The notes below the pieces were generated by a model. That model searched no databases and was not told the DNA's origin. It was given only the letters and a program-made list of their open reading frames with translations. Shown here piece after piece: positions 45,667 to 56,691 of a DNA stretch of 64,000 nt; positions within the stretch are counted from its first letter, which is position 1; each line of letters opens with the position of its first letter. Source of the DNA: a virus (Duplodnaviria > Caudoviricetes); the IMG/VR virus record IMGVR_UViG_2811995239_000002, positions 25,265 through 89,264 of that record; one strand, written 5' to 3'. The position numbers and the translations under genes were made by a program.

Positions 45667-47162
45667 GCCTGTTAGATGATGCGATTGGTGTTTTTTCGCC
45701 AGGCTGGAAAGCGGCCAGACTACGGGCAAGGGCGATGATACGGGCATATGAGGCGGTTAAACCCACCCGGACACATAAAGCCCGTCGTGAAAACCGTTCT
45801 GCGGATCAGCTCAGCCAGGCTGGGGCGGTTTCATTACGTGAACAGGCGCGCTGGCTCGATAACAACCACGATCTGGTGATTGGTGTATTCGATAAACTGG
45901 AAGAGAGGGTTGTGGGCAAACAGGGGATCATTGTTGAACCACATCCGAAGCTGACTAACGGAAAGATCGCCAAAAAACTGGCGACAGAGATTCGCCGTAA
46001 ATTTGGCGAATGGTCTGTCAGACCAGAAGTGACAACTCAGTTTACCCGGCCAATGCTGGAGCGCCTGATGCTGAGGACATGGCTTCGGGATGGTGAGGTG
46101 TTTGCACAACTTGTTCAGGGTACAGGAAACGGTCTGGTTCCTTCAGCCCGCATTCCTTTCTGGCTGGAAGCGCTGGAGTCTGATTTTGTGCCCATGACCA
46201 GCGATGAGTCGAAAAATCTCAACCAGGGCGTGTTCCTGGATAACTGGGGACGTCCTAAAAAATATCAGGTTTATAAAAGCCTTCCGGTTTCCGGGCGGCA
46301 GCCCGACACTAAAGAAATTGATGCAGAAAATATGCTGCATCTTAAATTTACCCGGCGTCTTCACCAGACCCGCGGTGTTTCCCTTTTATCTGGTGTTCTG
46401 ATGCGCCTGAGCGCACTGAAGGAATACGAGGATTCGGAACTCACCGCCGCCCGTATCGCGGCTGCGCTGGGGATGTACATCAAAAAGGGGGACGGGCAGA
46501 GTTTTGAGCCGGATTCTGTCAACGACGATCGCGAACTGATGATTGAACCGGGCATGCTGTATGACGATCTGCAGGCGGGCGAAGAAATAGGGATGATTAA
46601 GTCTGATCGGCCAAACCCTAACCTCGAAACATTCCGCAACGGGCAACTGAGGGCAGTGGCTGCCGGGAGCCGTCTCAGTTTCTCCAGCACCGCGCGTAAT
46701 TATAACGGTACTTACAGCGCCCAGAGACAGGAGCTTGTCGAATCAACCGACGGTTATCTCATTCTTCAGGACTGGTTTATCGGCTCAGTTACGCGCCCGA
46801 TGTACCGCGCATGGCTGAAAATGGCGATAGCGTCCGGTGAGATTAAGCCACCACGGGGGATCGATATGGATACCCTTTATAGTGCGGTTTATTCAGGACC
46901 GGTTATGCCGTGGATAGATCCGGTTAAAGAAGCTAACGCATGGAAAACCCAGATTCGTGGTGGCGCGGCTACCGAGTCTGACTGGGTGCGTGCCAGTGGC
47001 CGTAATCCTGATGATGTTAAATCGCGGCGCAAGGCCGAAATAGACGAAAACCGTGAACAGGGGCTGGTGTTTGACACTGACCCCGCGAATGATAAAGGAG
47101 GCACCAGTGCCGAAGTCAACGAACCGGGCGCGCCATCGTCCGAGAGCCAGCGCAAGAAGTAA
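45663..47162 (+). CDS. Portal protein, lambda family
   Basis: LR..AR.L..N, DGEVF, YSAQRQ, WIDP.KE. Confidence 0.93.
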   Translation: MSLLDDAIGVFSPGWKAARLRARAMIRAYEAVKPTRTHKARRENRSADQLSQAGAVSLREQARWLDNNHDLVIGVFDKLEERVVGKQGIIVEPHPKLTNGKIAKKLATEIRRKFGEWSVRPEVTTQFTRPMLERLMLRTWLRDGEVFAQLVQGTGNGLVPSARIPFWLEALESDFVPMTSDESKNLNQGVFLDNWGRPKKYQVYKSLPVSGRQPDTKEIDAENMLHLKFTRRLHQTRGVSLLSGVLMRLSALKEYEDSELTAARIAAALGMYIKKGDGQSFEPDSVNDDRELMIEPGMLYDDLQAGEEIGMIKSDRPNPNLETFRNGQLRAVAAGSRLSFSSTARNYNGTYSAQRQELVESTDGYLILQDWFIGSVTRPMYRAWLKMAIASGEIKPPRGIDMDTLYSAVYSGPVMPWIDPVKEANAWKTQIRGGAATESDWVRASGRNPDDVKSRRKAEIDENREQGLVFDTDPANDKGGTSAEVNEPGAPSSESQRKK

Positions 47163-49125
47163 TTCCTGGTTTCGCATGCAGGCCAGTAACGATAACGCCG
47201 CAGATATTTATATCTATGACGAAATTGGCTACTGGGGGGTGACAGCGCGCCAGTTCGTCAATGAGCTGAAAGCGCTGGGCGATGTAACCCACATTAATCT
47301 CTACATTAACTCGCCGGGTGGCGATGTCTTTGATGGCATCGCCATTTTTAATGCCCTGAAACACCACGGCGCGGCAATCACCGTTCATATCGATGGACTG
47401 GCGGCGTCAATGGCTTCTGTTATCGCTATGGTGGGAAATCCGGTCATTATGCCGGAAAACACCATGATGATGATCCATAAACCCTGGGGTTTTGCTGGTG
47501 GTGATGCCAACGACATGCGCGACTATGCCGATTTGCTGGATAAGGTTGAATCCGTCCTTATTCCGGCTTATGCGGAAAAAACGGGCAAATCAACCGAAGA
47601 AATTGCGGCAATGCTGGAGGACGAAACCTGGATGGACGGCAAAGAGTGCGTCGCGCTGGGTTTTGCCGATCAGGTTACGCCCTCCCTGCAGGCGATGGCC
47701 TGTATTCATTCGAAACGTATTGAGGAATTTGAAAAGATGCCAAACAGCATTCGTAATATGATCACCCCTCCGCGCAACAGCACTCAGCGTGAAGTGACTC
47801 CGCCAGTTTCACAGGCTAATGCCCCGGCGGTTCCGGCTACCGGCGCAGATGAATCAACCATTCGCGCACAGGTACTGGCAGAGCAGAAAGTGCGTGTAAA
47901 TGCCATCGGCGATCTCTTTGCCATGTTTGGCGGCAAGCATCAGGAACTGCAGGTTCAGTGCGTCGCAGATCCTGAGTGTTCCGTCGAGAAAGCGAAAGAC
48001 CTGCTGCTGGCTGAGCTTGGTAAATCCGCAACGCCATCCAACAAAACAACCCAGACGCATATTTACGCCGGTAACGGTAATTTCGTTGGCGATGGTATCC
48101 GTCAGGCGCTGATGGCGCGTGCTGGTTTTGACAACCGGCAAAACGATAATGCCTACAACGGCATGACCCTGCGTGAGTATGCCCGTATGGCGCTGACCGA
48201 GCGTGGTATTGGCGTATCCAGTTACAATCCGATGCAGATGGTCGGGTTAGCGCTGACCCACAGCGCTTCCGATTTTGGCAATATTCTGCTGGATGTCGCA
48301 AATAAGGCGCTGCTCCAGGGCTGGGAAGAATCAGAAGAGACGTTCCAGATCTGGACCAAAAAAGGCCAGTTGTCGGATTTCAAGACGGCACATCGCGTCG
48401 GCATGGGAGGCTTCCCGTCTCTGCGTAAGGTTCGTGAGGGAGCGGAGTATAAATATGTCACCACCGGGGATAAAGGCGAAACCATTGCGCTGGCCACCTA
48501 CGGTGAAATCTTTTCCGTCACCCGCCAGGCGATCATCAACGATGATCTGAACTCTCTGACCGATGTACCCATGAAAATGGGCCGCGCGGCAAAAGCGACC
48601 ATCGGCGATCTGGTCTATGCCATCCTGACCACAAATCAGAAACTGTCCGACGGTAAAGCGCTGTTCCATGCAGACCACAAAAACCTCTCGGCAGGGGCCA
48701 TTTCGGTAGCCAGCATTGATGAAGCACGTAAGCTGATGCGCCTGCAGAAAGAAGGTGAGCGTACTCTGAACATTCGTCCTGCTTATATGCTGGTGCCGGT
48801 CGGGCTGGAAACTCTGGCGAACCAGACCATTAAATCTGCAAGCGTCAAAGGGGCTGACATTAACTCCGGTATCAACAACCCGATCCAGAACTTCGCAGAT
48901 GTGATCTCTGAGCCGCGACTTGATGCCGCCGATCAGAACGCATGGTATCTGGCCGCAGCTCAGGGTTCTGACACCATCGAAGTTGCCTATCTGAACGGAG
49001 TTGATACGCCTTACATCGACCAGCAGGAAGGTTTTAGCACCGATGGTATCGCGACGAAAGTCCGCATTGATGCCGGTGTTGCGCCGCTCGATTATCGCGG
49101 TATGGTCAAATCCTCCGGCCAGTAA
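47107..49125 (+). CDS. ClpP-like prohead protease / major capsid fusion
   Basis: INSPGGDV, AASMAS, MIH.P, ETW; capsid part with SDF, EGAEY, VRIDAG...DYRG. Confidence 0.92.
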   Translation: MPKSTNRARHRPRASARSNSWFRMQASNDNAADIYIYDEIGYWGVTARQFVNELKALGDVTHINLYINSPGGDVFDGIAIFNALKHHGAAITVHIDGLAASMASVIAMVGNPVIMPENTMMMIHKPWGFAGGDANDMRDYADLLDKVESVLIPAYAEKTGKSTEEIAAMLEDETWMDGKECVALGFADQVTPSLQAMACIHSKRIEEFEKMPNSIRNMITPPRNSTQREVTPPVSQANAPAVPATGADESTIRAQVLAEQKVRVNAIGDLFAMFGGKHQELQVQCVADPECSVEKAKDLLLAELGKSATPSNKTTQTHIYAGNGNFVGDGIRQALMARAGFDNRQNDNAYNGMTLREYARMALTERGIGVSSYNPMQMVGLALTHSASDFGNILLDVANKALLQGWEESEETFQIWTKKGQLSDFKTAHRVGMGGFPSLRKVREGAEYKYVTTGDKGETIALATYGEIFSVTRQAIINDDLNSLTDVPMKMGRAAKATIGDLVYAILTTNQKLSDGKALFHADHKNLSAGAISVASIDEARKLMRLQKEGERTLNIRPAYMLVPVGLETLANQTIKSASVKGADINSGINNPIQNFADVISEPRLDAADQNAWYLAAAQGSDTIEVAYLNGVDTPYIDQQEGFSTDGIATKVRIDAGVAPLDYRGMVKSSGQ

Positions 49126-49144
49126 CCCCCATCATCACATCACC

Positions 49145-49164
49145 AGCCCGCCAGGGCTTTTTTT
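49145..49164 (+). terminator. Terminator after the capsid gene
   Basis: AGCCC-GCCA-GGGCT hairpin followed by a T run. Confidence 0.7.
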
Positions 49165-49206
49165 ATACCTGAAACCGGCCCCTGACGGGGCTGAACGGAG
49201 AATGTT

Positions 49207-49533
49207 ATGGCGAAGAATTATGTACAGGGCGGGAAAACCATTCCGCTCGTTAACAGTGGGCAGGGTGAAATTCTCAGCGGTGATCCCGTTGTTATTGGCT
49301 CGGTAATCGCCGTCGCTGTTACCGATATTCCGGCAGGACAGACGGGGGACGGTTTTGCCGAAGGCGTATTTCTCCTGCCTAAACTGCCAGCTGACGATAT
49401 TACAGCAGGTGCCCGCGTGTATCTCAAAGATGGTGAAATCCAGCTTGACGATACCGATGCCGTGGCGGCAGGTGTCGCATGGGATGTTGCAGGAACTGGC
49501 GTGACCGTCGTCGAAGTGAAGATCAATGCCTAA
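49207..49533 (+). CDS. DUF2190 capsid cement protein
   Basis: MAKNYVQ.G start, EGVF.LPK. Confidence 0.85.
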   Translation: MAKNYVQGGKTIPLVNSGQGEILSGDPVVIGSVIAVAVTDIPAGQTGDGFAEGVFLLPKLPADDITAGARVYLKDGEIQLDDTDAVAAGVAWDVAGTGVTVVEVKINA

Positions 49534-49801
49534 TCCCTTCTATGAAATGGCAGGCCGCATGGATGCGGCGACAATTCGCACAATGGGAAAGACGGCCGTT
49601 ATTAATGATATTCCGGTCGATGTGGTGCCCGCTGAGTTACTGATGGAAATGGGGGCGCTGTCTGGTTCTGGTATATCGCTGGTGGTCTTTACCGCCGGAT
49701 ACCGGGCGCGGCGGAATGATGCAGTTGAGTATGACGGTGAAATGTACTCAGTGACGCGACACGAACTTTTTAACGGCAAGCCACGCATCTTTATTGAATA
49801 G
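49526..49801 (+). CDS. Head-tail joining protein
   Basis: Synteny (gpFII position). Confidence 0.65.
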   Translation: MPNPFYEMAGRMDAATIRTMGKTAVINDIPVDVVPAELLMEMGALSGSGISLVVFTAGYRARRNDAVEYDGEMYSVTRHELFNGKPRIFIE

Positions 49802-49809
49802 GAGGGCGT

Positions 49810-50364
49810 ATGTCGATTAAAGGGCTTGAACAGGCTATTGCCAACCTGAACAGTATCAGCAAAACCGCTGTGCCCCGGGCGTCAGCGCAATCCGTTAACC
49901 GTATTGCCGGACAGGCTGTAAACCGTAGCGTCTCCGTAGTTGCAAAGGGAACCCGCGTTCCCCGGAAACTGGTGAAGCAACGTGCCCGGGTAAGGCGTGC
50001 GACCGTCAGTAAACCCCGGGCGCTTATTCGCATCAATCGGGGCAATCTCCCGGCGATAAAACTGGGGCCGGCCAGCGTTCGCCTGTCGCGCCGGAAAAGG
50101 GATAAAGCAGGCGTGAACAGTGTCCTGAGGGTTGGACGGTTCCGGTTTCCTGGCGCTTTTATACAGCAACTGTCGAATGGGCGCTGGCATGTTTTACGTC
50201 GTTCAACCCGTAGCCGATACCCTATCGAAGTGGTCAGCATCCCCCTTGCCACCCCCCTGACCGAAGCCTTCCGTTCAGAGTTACCCAGACTGATGGAAGA
50301 ACGTATGCCTGAATTTATGCGGCAGAACCTGAAAAACCAACTGAGGCTAATACTTACCCGATGA
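49810..50364 (+). CDS. Minor tail protein Z
   Basis: IKGLEQA..NL, NRGNLPAIKLG, RYPIEVV. Confidence 0.9.
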   Translation: MSIKGLEQAIANLNSISKTAVPRASAQSVNRIAGQAVNRSVSVVAKGTRVPRKLVKQRARVRRATVSKPRALIRINRGNLPAIKLGPASVRLSRRKRDKAGVNSVLRVGRFRFPGAFIQQLSNGRWHVLRRSTRSRYPIEVVSIPLATPLTEAFRSELPRLMEERMPEFMRQNLKNQLRLILTR

Positions 50365-50759
50365 AACATACCGATATCCGCGCTGCCACGCTGGCGGCGC
50401 TGAAACGTAATATCAGCGATCCGGTCTCCTGGTTCGACGGGCGGCCCGGTTTTATTGAAGAGCAGGATCTCCCGGCAGTCGCGGTGTACATGACTGACGC
50501 CCGGGCGACGCCCGACATCATCGATGAGGATATCTGGTCCGCCATTCTGCACATAGAAGTCTTTCTGAAAGCCTCGTCCCCGGATTCCGCTCTGGATGAA
50601 TGGATGGAAAGCAAGGTTTATCCCGTTTTAGAAGATATTCCAGAGCTTGCCGGACTAATCGAAACGATGAGTGCTTCCGGGTACGACTACCAAAGAGATG
50701 ACGAGGCCATGATGTGGGGCTCCGCCGATTTAAGCTATTCAATCAGATATGTAATGTGA
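50361..50759 (+). CDS. Tail terminator protein U
   Basis: [28 protein letters not shown]. Confidence 0.9.
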   Translation: MKHTDIRAATLAALKRNISDPVSWFDGRPGFIEEQDLPAVAVYMTDARATPDIIDEDIWSAILHIEVFLKASSPDSALDEWMESKVYPVLEDIPELAGLIETMSASGYDYQRDDEAMMWGSADLSYSIRYVM

Positions 50760-50766
50760 GGACATT

Positions 50767-51504
50767 ATGCCAACACCAAACCCTCTGGAACCTGTAAAAG
50801 GGGCCGGAACCACGCTCTGGATTTATACCGGAACAGGCGATCCGTTCGGGAACCCGGCGTCAGATGTGGACTGGACGCGCCTGGCGAAAATCAAGGATTT
50901 GACGCCAGGCGAAATGACGGCTGAGTCGTACGATGATACCTATCTCGACGATGAAGACGCTGACTGGAGCGCGACGGCGCAGGGCGAAAAGACTGCGGGT
51001 GATACCTCTTTCACACTGGCGTGGAAACCGGGTGAAGAAGGGCAGAAAGACCTGGTCTCCTGGTTCAATAATGGCGCTGTTCGTGCCTACAAGATCAAGT
51101 TTCCGAATGGCACAGTGGATGTGTTTAAAGGCTGGTGCAGTAGCCTCGGCAAGGCTATTCCGGCGAAAGAAGTGATCACCAGAACGGCGAAGATCGCAAA
51201 TACCGGGAAACCGAATCTGGCGGAAGAGGACAATACGCCGCCGATTGCGGTTACGGGTGTCACCCTGGATAAAACGACGGATACCGTTACGGTCAGCGAT
51301 ACCACAGTACTGACTGTCGCCGTGGTGCCTGCCAGCGCCTCAGACAAATCCTTCCGCGTTTCCACGTCCGATCCTGCTGTCGCAACGGTCACCGTCAGCG
51401 GCAACACGATTACCGTAACTGGCGTGGCCGCAGGTAGCTGCCAGATTATCGTCATGACCAATGATGGTCTTTTTGTCGCTGTCTGCGAAATCACTGTTTC
51501 GTGA
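50767..51504 (+). CDS. Major tail protein V with Ig-like domain
   Basis: [20 protein letters not shown]. Confidence 0.92.
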   Translation: MPTPNPLEPVKGAGTTLWIYTGTGDPFGNPASDVDWTRLAKIKDLTPGEMTAESYDDTYLDDEDADWSATAQGEKTAGDTSFTLAWKPGEEGQKDLVSWFNNGAVRAYKIKFPNGTVDVFKGWCSSLGKAIPAKEVITRTAKIANTGKPNLAEEDNTPPIAVTGVTLDKTTDTVTVSDTTVLTVAVVPASASDKSFRVSTSDPAVATVTVSGNTITVTGVAAGSCQIIVMTNDGLFVAVCEITVS

Positions 51505-51541
51505 TAACCGGGGCTTTTAGCCCCGCTTTCCGGAGTAAATC

Positions 51542-51955
51542 ATGTTTTTAAAATCCGAGCTGTACGAGCGTAACGGCAAAAGCGTCACGCTCTTCGAATT
51601 GTCCGCACTACAGCGTATTGAACACCTCGAACACCTGAAAAAAATCGAAGCAATTGAAGAGGGAGATATTCAGGCCGCGATGACCACCACTGTTCGTGAG
51701 GGTGCGTTCATTGTGGCTATGTCGCTTTGGCATGGCCACGTCCTGAAAGGGACGCTGCCGGAGGGGGCAGGGCGGGAAGTCGAACAGATTCAGGAGGAGG
51801 TGCTTGCCACATGGCCGCTTGAAGCCGTTGCAGAAGCGGAATTCCGTATCAGGCTCCTGTCCGGCATGCTGCCACCTCCTGATGAAACCAGCGATCCTGA
51901 TGCAGGCGAAGAACCCGGCCCGGTCACGGCGGAAAAGCCCTCGCCAGCGAGCTGA
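51542..51955 (+). CDS. Tail assembly chaperone G
   Basis: MFLKSE, ELSALQRIEHL. Confidence 0.9.
   Translation: MFLKSELYERNGKSVTLFELSALQRIEHLEHLKKIEAIEEGDIQAAMTTTVREGAFIVAMSLWHGHVLKGTLPEGAGREVEQIQEEVLATWPLEAVAEAEFRIRLLSGMLPPPDETSDPDAGEEPGPVTAEKPSPAS
51931..51937 (+). other. -1 frameshift site G GAA AAG for the G-T fusion
   Basis: The -1 frame reads AEKALASELTFVMKLAREFGRPDW, continuous with the gpT ORF, as in lambda G/T. Confidence 0.75.
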
Positions 51956-51963
51956 CATTTGTC

Positions 51964-52296
51964 ATGAAGCTGGCGCGTGAGTTCGGTCGTCCCGACTGGC
52001 GCTCCATGCTCGCTGGCATGTCCTCAACGGAATATGGCGACTGGCATATTTTCTACCGGGACAATTTTTTTCATGACGTACAGCTTGACGCTCATTTCTC
52101 GGGGTTGCTCTACACCATTTCATCATTATTTTCCCTTAATCCGGATTTGACTCCTGACAGCTTCAGCATACTGACACCGGCTCCCGGCGATTTGCCGGAG
52201 GAAGAGCCGGATGACGACATGCTGATGGCGAAGGCGTCAGGAATGTCAGGAGGCGTTCGCTATGGCCCAGACGGCAGTGGGGGATCTGGTTGTTAA
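51964..52296 (+). CDS. Tail assembly protein T (C-terminal part of G-T)
   Basis: LAREFGRPDWR.MLAGMSS.EY. Confidence 0.88.
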   Translation: MKLAREFGRPDWRSMLAGMSSTEYGDWHIFYRDNFFHDVQLDAHFSGLLYTISSLFSLNPDLTPDSFSILTPAPGDLPEEEPDDDMLMAKASGMSGGVRYGPDGSGGSGC

Positions 52297-54820
52297 TCTT
52301 GACGTTAACTCGTCAAAATTTAACGAGCAGATCACTCATATTAACCGGCAGTTTAAACGAACAGGTGATGCGGCTAATGATACTGAGTTACGTATCCGGC
52401 AGGCGTTCTCACGTCAGGAAATTGCGGCAAAAAAAGCTGGTCTTTCTGTGGGGCAGTACTCGAATGCGATGCGTATGCTGCCTGCACAGTTTACGGATGT
52501 CGCGACGCAGCTGGCGGGCGGGCAGAGTCCGTGGCTTATCCTTCTGCAACAGGGCGGGCAGGTTAAGGACTCATTTGGCGGGATTATTCCCACGTTCCGT
52601 GCGTTGCTGGGGGCCGTATCGCCTTTGATGGTTGGTGTTGGCGCGCTGTCCGCTGCTACCGGCGCACTTTTTTACGCGTGGTATCAGGGATCATCCACAC
52701 TTTCAGATTTCAACAAAACACTTGTTCTTTCCGGTAATTCGGCAGGGCTTACCGCTGACCGGATGCTGGTGCTGGCAAGGAACGGACAGAGCGCCGGGCT
52801 GACGTTTAACCAGACGAACGAGGCGCTGACGGAACTGATCAACGCAGGAGTGCGCGCCGGGGCGAATTTCGATGACATGAGTCAGTCCGTTGCCCGGTTT
52901 ACCCAGGCGTCTGGCGTTCCTGTTGATAAAGTGGCGGCGGCATTCGGCAAACTGACAAGTGACCCGACGTCCGGCCTCATCGCGATGGCGCAGCAGTTCC
53001 ACAACGTTACAGCAGAGCAGATTGCGTATGTCGCGCAGTTGCAGCGCGCCGGGGATGAAGCCGCTGCGTTGCAGGCGGCAAACGATGCGGCAACCAACGG
53101 TTTTAATGAGCAGACAAAATCCCTGCGCGACAATATGGGGACGATTGAGTCGGCTGCCGATTCACTTAAGCGTGCTTTTAAATCGATGTGGGACGCGGCA
53201 CTGGATATCGGGCGCCCGGATACCGCACAGGAGATGGTCCGTAAGGCAGAGGCTGCGTTTAAACGCGCGGATGAGATCTGGAATCTGCGAAAAAATGATG
53301 GCTACGTTAATGATGAGGCGCGCGCCCGGTACTGGACTGACAGGGAGACAGCCCGGCTGGCGCTGGACATGGCGCAACAGCAGGCGGGCATTGCAAAAGC
53401 GAATGAGGAAAATGCTTCCCGTGAAGCTGCTGCGGAATCTGATCGGCAGAAATACGCCGCGCAGGCGCAGTCAAATTACGCCAGAACGCAGTCCGCGCTT
53501 GAGAAGTACACGGCCAGGCAGAACGAGCTTAATAAGGCGCTGAAAGAAGGGCGTATCCTCCAGGCTGACTACAACATCAATATGTCAGCAGCGAAAAAGG
53601 AGTACGAAGATTCCCTGAAAAAACCGCCAAAAACACCGGCGGTCAGAACACAGTCCGGAGTAAGGGCAACAGATACAGGCAATGCCCTGACGCTTGAGTT
53701 GCAGTCGCAACTAAAGACCTTGCAGGATCACAAGGGAATAAATGACACAATCAGCCAGCAGCGGCAGGATCTCTGGAAGCAGCAGTCACGTTTTGCTGTG
53801 CTTGAGGAAGCATCCCGTCAACGCGCCCTCACTGTTGAGGAAAAATCCCTGCTTGCAAGCAAAGATGAAGTGCTGGCCCGTGCAGAAATTAACGCACGGC
53901 TTGGCGATCAGATTGTTGCCCAGCAGCGCCTTAATACCCTTGCGGATCAGGCTGAAAAATTTTCTCAGCAACAGGCGGCACGGCAGGCAGGGATCGCCGC
54001 TCAGTCTCAGGGGCTCTCTGCACGTCAGGCCGAACGTGAGGTGGCGTTACAAAAACTGCGTGAGGCATACGGTACAAATCCGCAGGCTCTGCAGCAGGTG
54101 CTTACAGCGCAACAGGCCACTTATGATGCTGAAGATGCCCTGCGTTCAGACTGGCTTGCCGGGGCCAGGCAAGGCTGGGCAGAGTATCAGGATGCGGCCA
54201 CGAACGTCTTTTCCTCAGTGCAACAGATATCCCAGTCCACCTTTGGCGGGCTTGCGAATCAGCTGACACAATGGCAGACCACCGGGAAAGCGAGCATGAA
54301 AGAATTCACGTCATCGACGCTGAAAATGATTGCATCAGTCATTAATCAACTGATGGTGGCTTATGTCATTCAGAGTGCTATGGGCTGGGTTGGTGGTGGA
54401 ACAAAAGCCCCCGCGTCAGGGCAGTCGTTCGCCGTACCTTCCTATCGTCCCGCGACTTTTGATGGCGGTGGATTTACCGGGCATGGCGGTAAATATGATC
54501 CCGCCGGCATTGTGCATCGTGGTGAATTCGTCTTCACCAAGGAGTCAACCAGCCGCATTGGCGTTGCCAACCTTTATCGTCTTATGCGTGGATACGCCGC
54601 AGGCGGGCTCGTTGGTTCCGGTAATGTGCCGGTTCCTGTTCCAGGCGGCATCAGTGTTTATGCCCCGGTCAGTATCAGCCAGCAGAACGCTGGTGGAGAG
54701 GTCAGTCAGGCCAGTACCGCCGGAACGGCACGCCAGCTTCAGGGAATTATCCAGCAGGCCATCACTGATCGCCTGAAAAAGGAGGTGAGTCCGGGTGGAT
54801 TACTTTACTCCAGGGGGTAA
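52262..54820 (+). CDS. Tape measure protein H, lambda family
   Basis: LPAQFTDVATQLAGGQSP, GG.TG.GGKY.PAG.VHRGEFV, PGGLL end. Confidence 0.93.
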   Translation: MAQTAVGDLVVNLDVNSSKFNEQITHINRQFKRTGDAANDTELRIRQAFSRQEIAAKKAGLSVGQYSNAMRMLPAQFTDVATQLAGGQSPWLILLQQGGQVKDSFGGIIPTFRALLGAVSPLMVGVGALSAATGALFYAWYQGSSTLSDFNKTLVLSGNSAGLTADRMLVLARNGQSAGLTFNQTNEALTELINAGVRAGANFDDMSQSVARFTQASGVPVDKVAAAFGKLTSDPTSGLIAMAQQFHNVTAEQIAYVAQLQRAGDEAAALQAANDAATNGFNEQTKSLRDNMGTIESAADSLKRAFKSMWDAALDIGRPDTAQEMVRKAEAAFKRADEIWNLRKNDGYVNDEARARYWTDRETARLALDMAQQQAGIAKANEENASREAAAESDRQKYAAQAQSNYARTQSALEKYTARQNELNKALKEGRILQADYNINMSAAKKEYEDSLKKPPKTPAVRTQSGVRATDTGNALTLELQSQLKTLQDHKGINDTISQQRQDLWKQQSRFAVLEEASRQRALTVEEKSLLASKDEVLARAEINARLGDQIVAQQRLNTLADQAEKFSQQQAARQAGIAAQSQGLSARQAEREVALQKLREAYGTNPQALQQVLTAQQATYDAEDALRSDWLAGARQGWAEYQDAATNVFSSVQQISQSTFGGLANQLTQWQTTGKASMKEFTSSTLKMIASVINQLMVAYVIQSAMGWVGGGTKAPASGQSFAVPSYRPATFDGGGFTGHGGKYDPAGIVHRGEFVFTKESTSRIGVANLYRLMRGYAAGGLVGSGNVPVPVPGGISVYAPVSISQQNAGGEVSQASTAGTARQLQGIIQQAITDRLKKEVSPGGLLYSRG

Positions 54821-54822
54821 CG

Positions 54823-55161
54823 GTGACAGATACGTTTAACTGGCGTACGCGCAAAACGGCTCAGGGGACTGAAAATGTCCGTACGCTTCAGGCTCAGTTC
54901 GGCGACGGATATAAACAGATCGCCGGGATGGGGATCAATGATAAGTCCGAAACATGGAATCTTGACTGGACGGGTACGCGAAGTGATGCCGCGGTGCTGC
55001 GTACGTTTCTTATGTCCCACGTCACAACGTCTTTCTGGTGGACCAATCCATGGGGAGAGAAAAAGCTCTACCGGGTGAAAGCTGATTCATTCAGTGTTTC
55101 GTTCCCTTCCGGGAAAAAAGCGACAGTGGCATTCACTTTCGAGCAGGCGTTTGCGCCTTAA
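54823..55161 (+). CDS. Minor tail protein M
   Basis: FGDGY.Q....GIN, F.W..P, FEQ. Confidence 0.88.
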   Translation: MTDTFNWRTRKTAQGTENVRTLQAQFGDGYKQIAGMGINDKSETWNLDWTGTRSDAAVLRTFLMSHVTTSFWWTNPWGEKKLYRVKADSFSVSFPSGKKATVAFTFEQAFAP

Positions 55162-55181
55162 TTTCTCCTCCTCCGGTTAAC

Positions 55182-55205
55182 AGCTGCCTCAGGGCAGCTT
55201 TTTTT
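55182..55205 (+). terminator. Intrinsic terminator between M and L
   Basis: AGCTGCC-TCAG-GGCAGCT hairpin followed by a T run. Confidence 0.7.
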
Positions 55206-55216
55206 GTGGTGAATTT

Positions 55217-55954
55217 ATGAGCTTTACCAGTGACATACAACAGCTTGAGCCCGGAAGTCTCATCCAGCTTATTGAGATTGACGGGACTGATTTTGGTATG
55301 GACGAAATCCTTCGCTTTCATGCTCACAATATCCAGGAAGAGGGCTGGGCGTCGTTCGCGGCTGATAATCTTCCTGCCATCATCTGGCAGGGTAAGCAAT
55401 ATGACCCGTATCCGTATGAGCTTAAAGGTATGGAGCTTTCGAGTACGGGATCGCAGCCGACACCCACGCTTTCAGTCGGCAACGTCGGAAACTATGTGAC
55501 AGCACTGTGCCTTGAGTATGACGACATGGTTAAGGCGAAAGTGAAGATCCACACCACGCTGGCAAAATACCTTGATGCGGCTAACTGGATTAACGGCAAC
55601 CCGAATGCGAGCCCGGCTGACGAGCGGGTACAGCTTTTCTATGTGAATGCGAAAGCGGCCGAAACACGCGTTCAGGTTGATTTTGAGTTGTGTTCACCTT
55701 TCGACATTCAGAGCCTTCAGCTACCCACCAGGCAGATCACTCCGGTCTGCACCTGGTGTCTTCGTGGCTGGTATCGCAGCGGGACTGGTTGTGACTACAA
55801 CGGGACGAAGTATTTTACCAAAGATGGTACGCCAACCGACGATCCGTCGAAAGATGTCTGCGGCGGACGGCGGCGGGATTGTCAGGATCGGCATGGTCCA
55901 GATGCCCCTTTGCCGTTCGGTGGCTTTCCGGCGGCTAACCTGCAGGGGAAATAA
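55217..55954 (+). CDS. Minor tail protein L
   Basis: C.W..RG.YR...C.Y, D.C......C, FGGFP. Confidence 0.92.
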   Translation: MSFTSDIQQLEPGSLIQLIEIDGTDFGMDEILRFHAHNIQEEGWASFAADNLPAIIWQGKQYDPYPYELKGMELSSTGSQPTPTLSVGNVGNYVTALCLEYDDMVKAKVKIHTTLAKYLDAANWINGNPNASPADERVQLFYVNAKAAETRVQVDFELCSPFDIQSLQLPTRQITPVCTWCLRGWYRSGTGCDYNGTKYFTKDGTPTDDPSKDVCGGRRRDCQDRHGPDAPLPFGGFPAANLQGK

Positions 55955-56691
55955 TGATGCGTGGAAAACTGATGGATGCCATCCGGCAGCATGTCGCTGC
56001 GGAATATCCGAAAGAAGCCTGCGGGGTGATTATTCAGTCTGGTCGTACACAGACGTTCATTCCCTGTCGCAATATCGCCGACAACCCGGAAGAAATGTTT
56101 ACGCTTTCTCCTGAAGACAGAATGGCCGCCGGGGAACTGGGCGACATCATTATGATTGTTCACTCACATCCTGACGTGGTGCAACTGGTGCCGTCAGAAA
56201 TGGACCGCATTCAGTGTGACTGGTCCGGTATTGAATGGGGGATCATGTCGTGGCCGGACGGTGATTTTTGCACAATCTCTCCGCGGGAAGAGCGGGATTA
56301 CGTCGGGCGTCAGTGGGTGCTCGGCTATGCGGACTGCTGGTCGCTGATCCGGGAGTATTATCAGCGTGAGTTTACTCTCTCGCTGGGGGATTACTCGGTG
56401 CCCTACGCGTGGTGGGAAGGTGGAAAAGAACACCTGTACGACGATAACTGGCAGCAGGAGGGTTTTGTCGAGGTTGAGCCCCGTGATATGCGACCCGGCG
56501 ATATTATCATGATGCGCGTTCAGGCGCCGGTCACTAACCACGCTGCGGTATATCTTGGCGACAACATTATTCTCCATCATATGTTCGGGCATCTGTCATC
56601 GCGTACGCCATATGGCAAATATTACCGTGACAGAACGGTGCGGGTGGTAAGGCATAAGGAGCTTACGGATGCTGAAAACGCTGATTCTTGA
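55954..56691 (+). CDS. Tail assembly protein K (JAB plus NlpC/P60)
   Basis: EACG, HSHP, DCWSL, NHAAVY. Confidence 0.92.
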   Translation: MMRGKLMDAIRQHVAAEYPKEACGVIIQSGRTQTFIPCRNIADNPEEMFTLSPEDRMAAGELGDIIMIVHSHPDVVQLVPSEMDRIQCDWSGIEWGIMSWPDGDFCTISPREERDYVGRQWVLGYADCWSLIREYYQREFTLSLGDYSVPYAWWEGGKEHLYDDNWQQEGFVEVEPRDMRPGDIIMMRVQAPVTNHAAVYLGDNIILHHMFGHLSSRTPYGKYYRDRTVRVVRHKELTDAENADS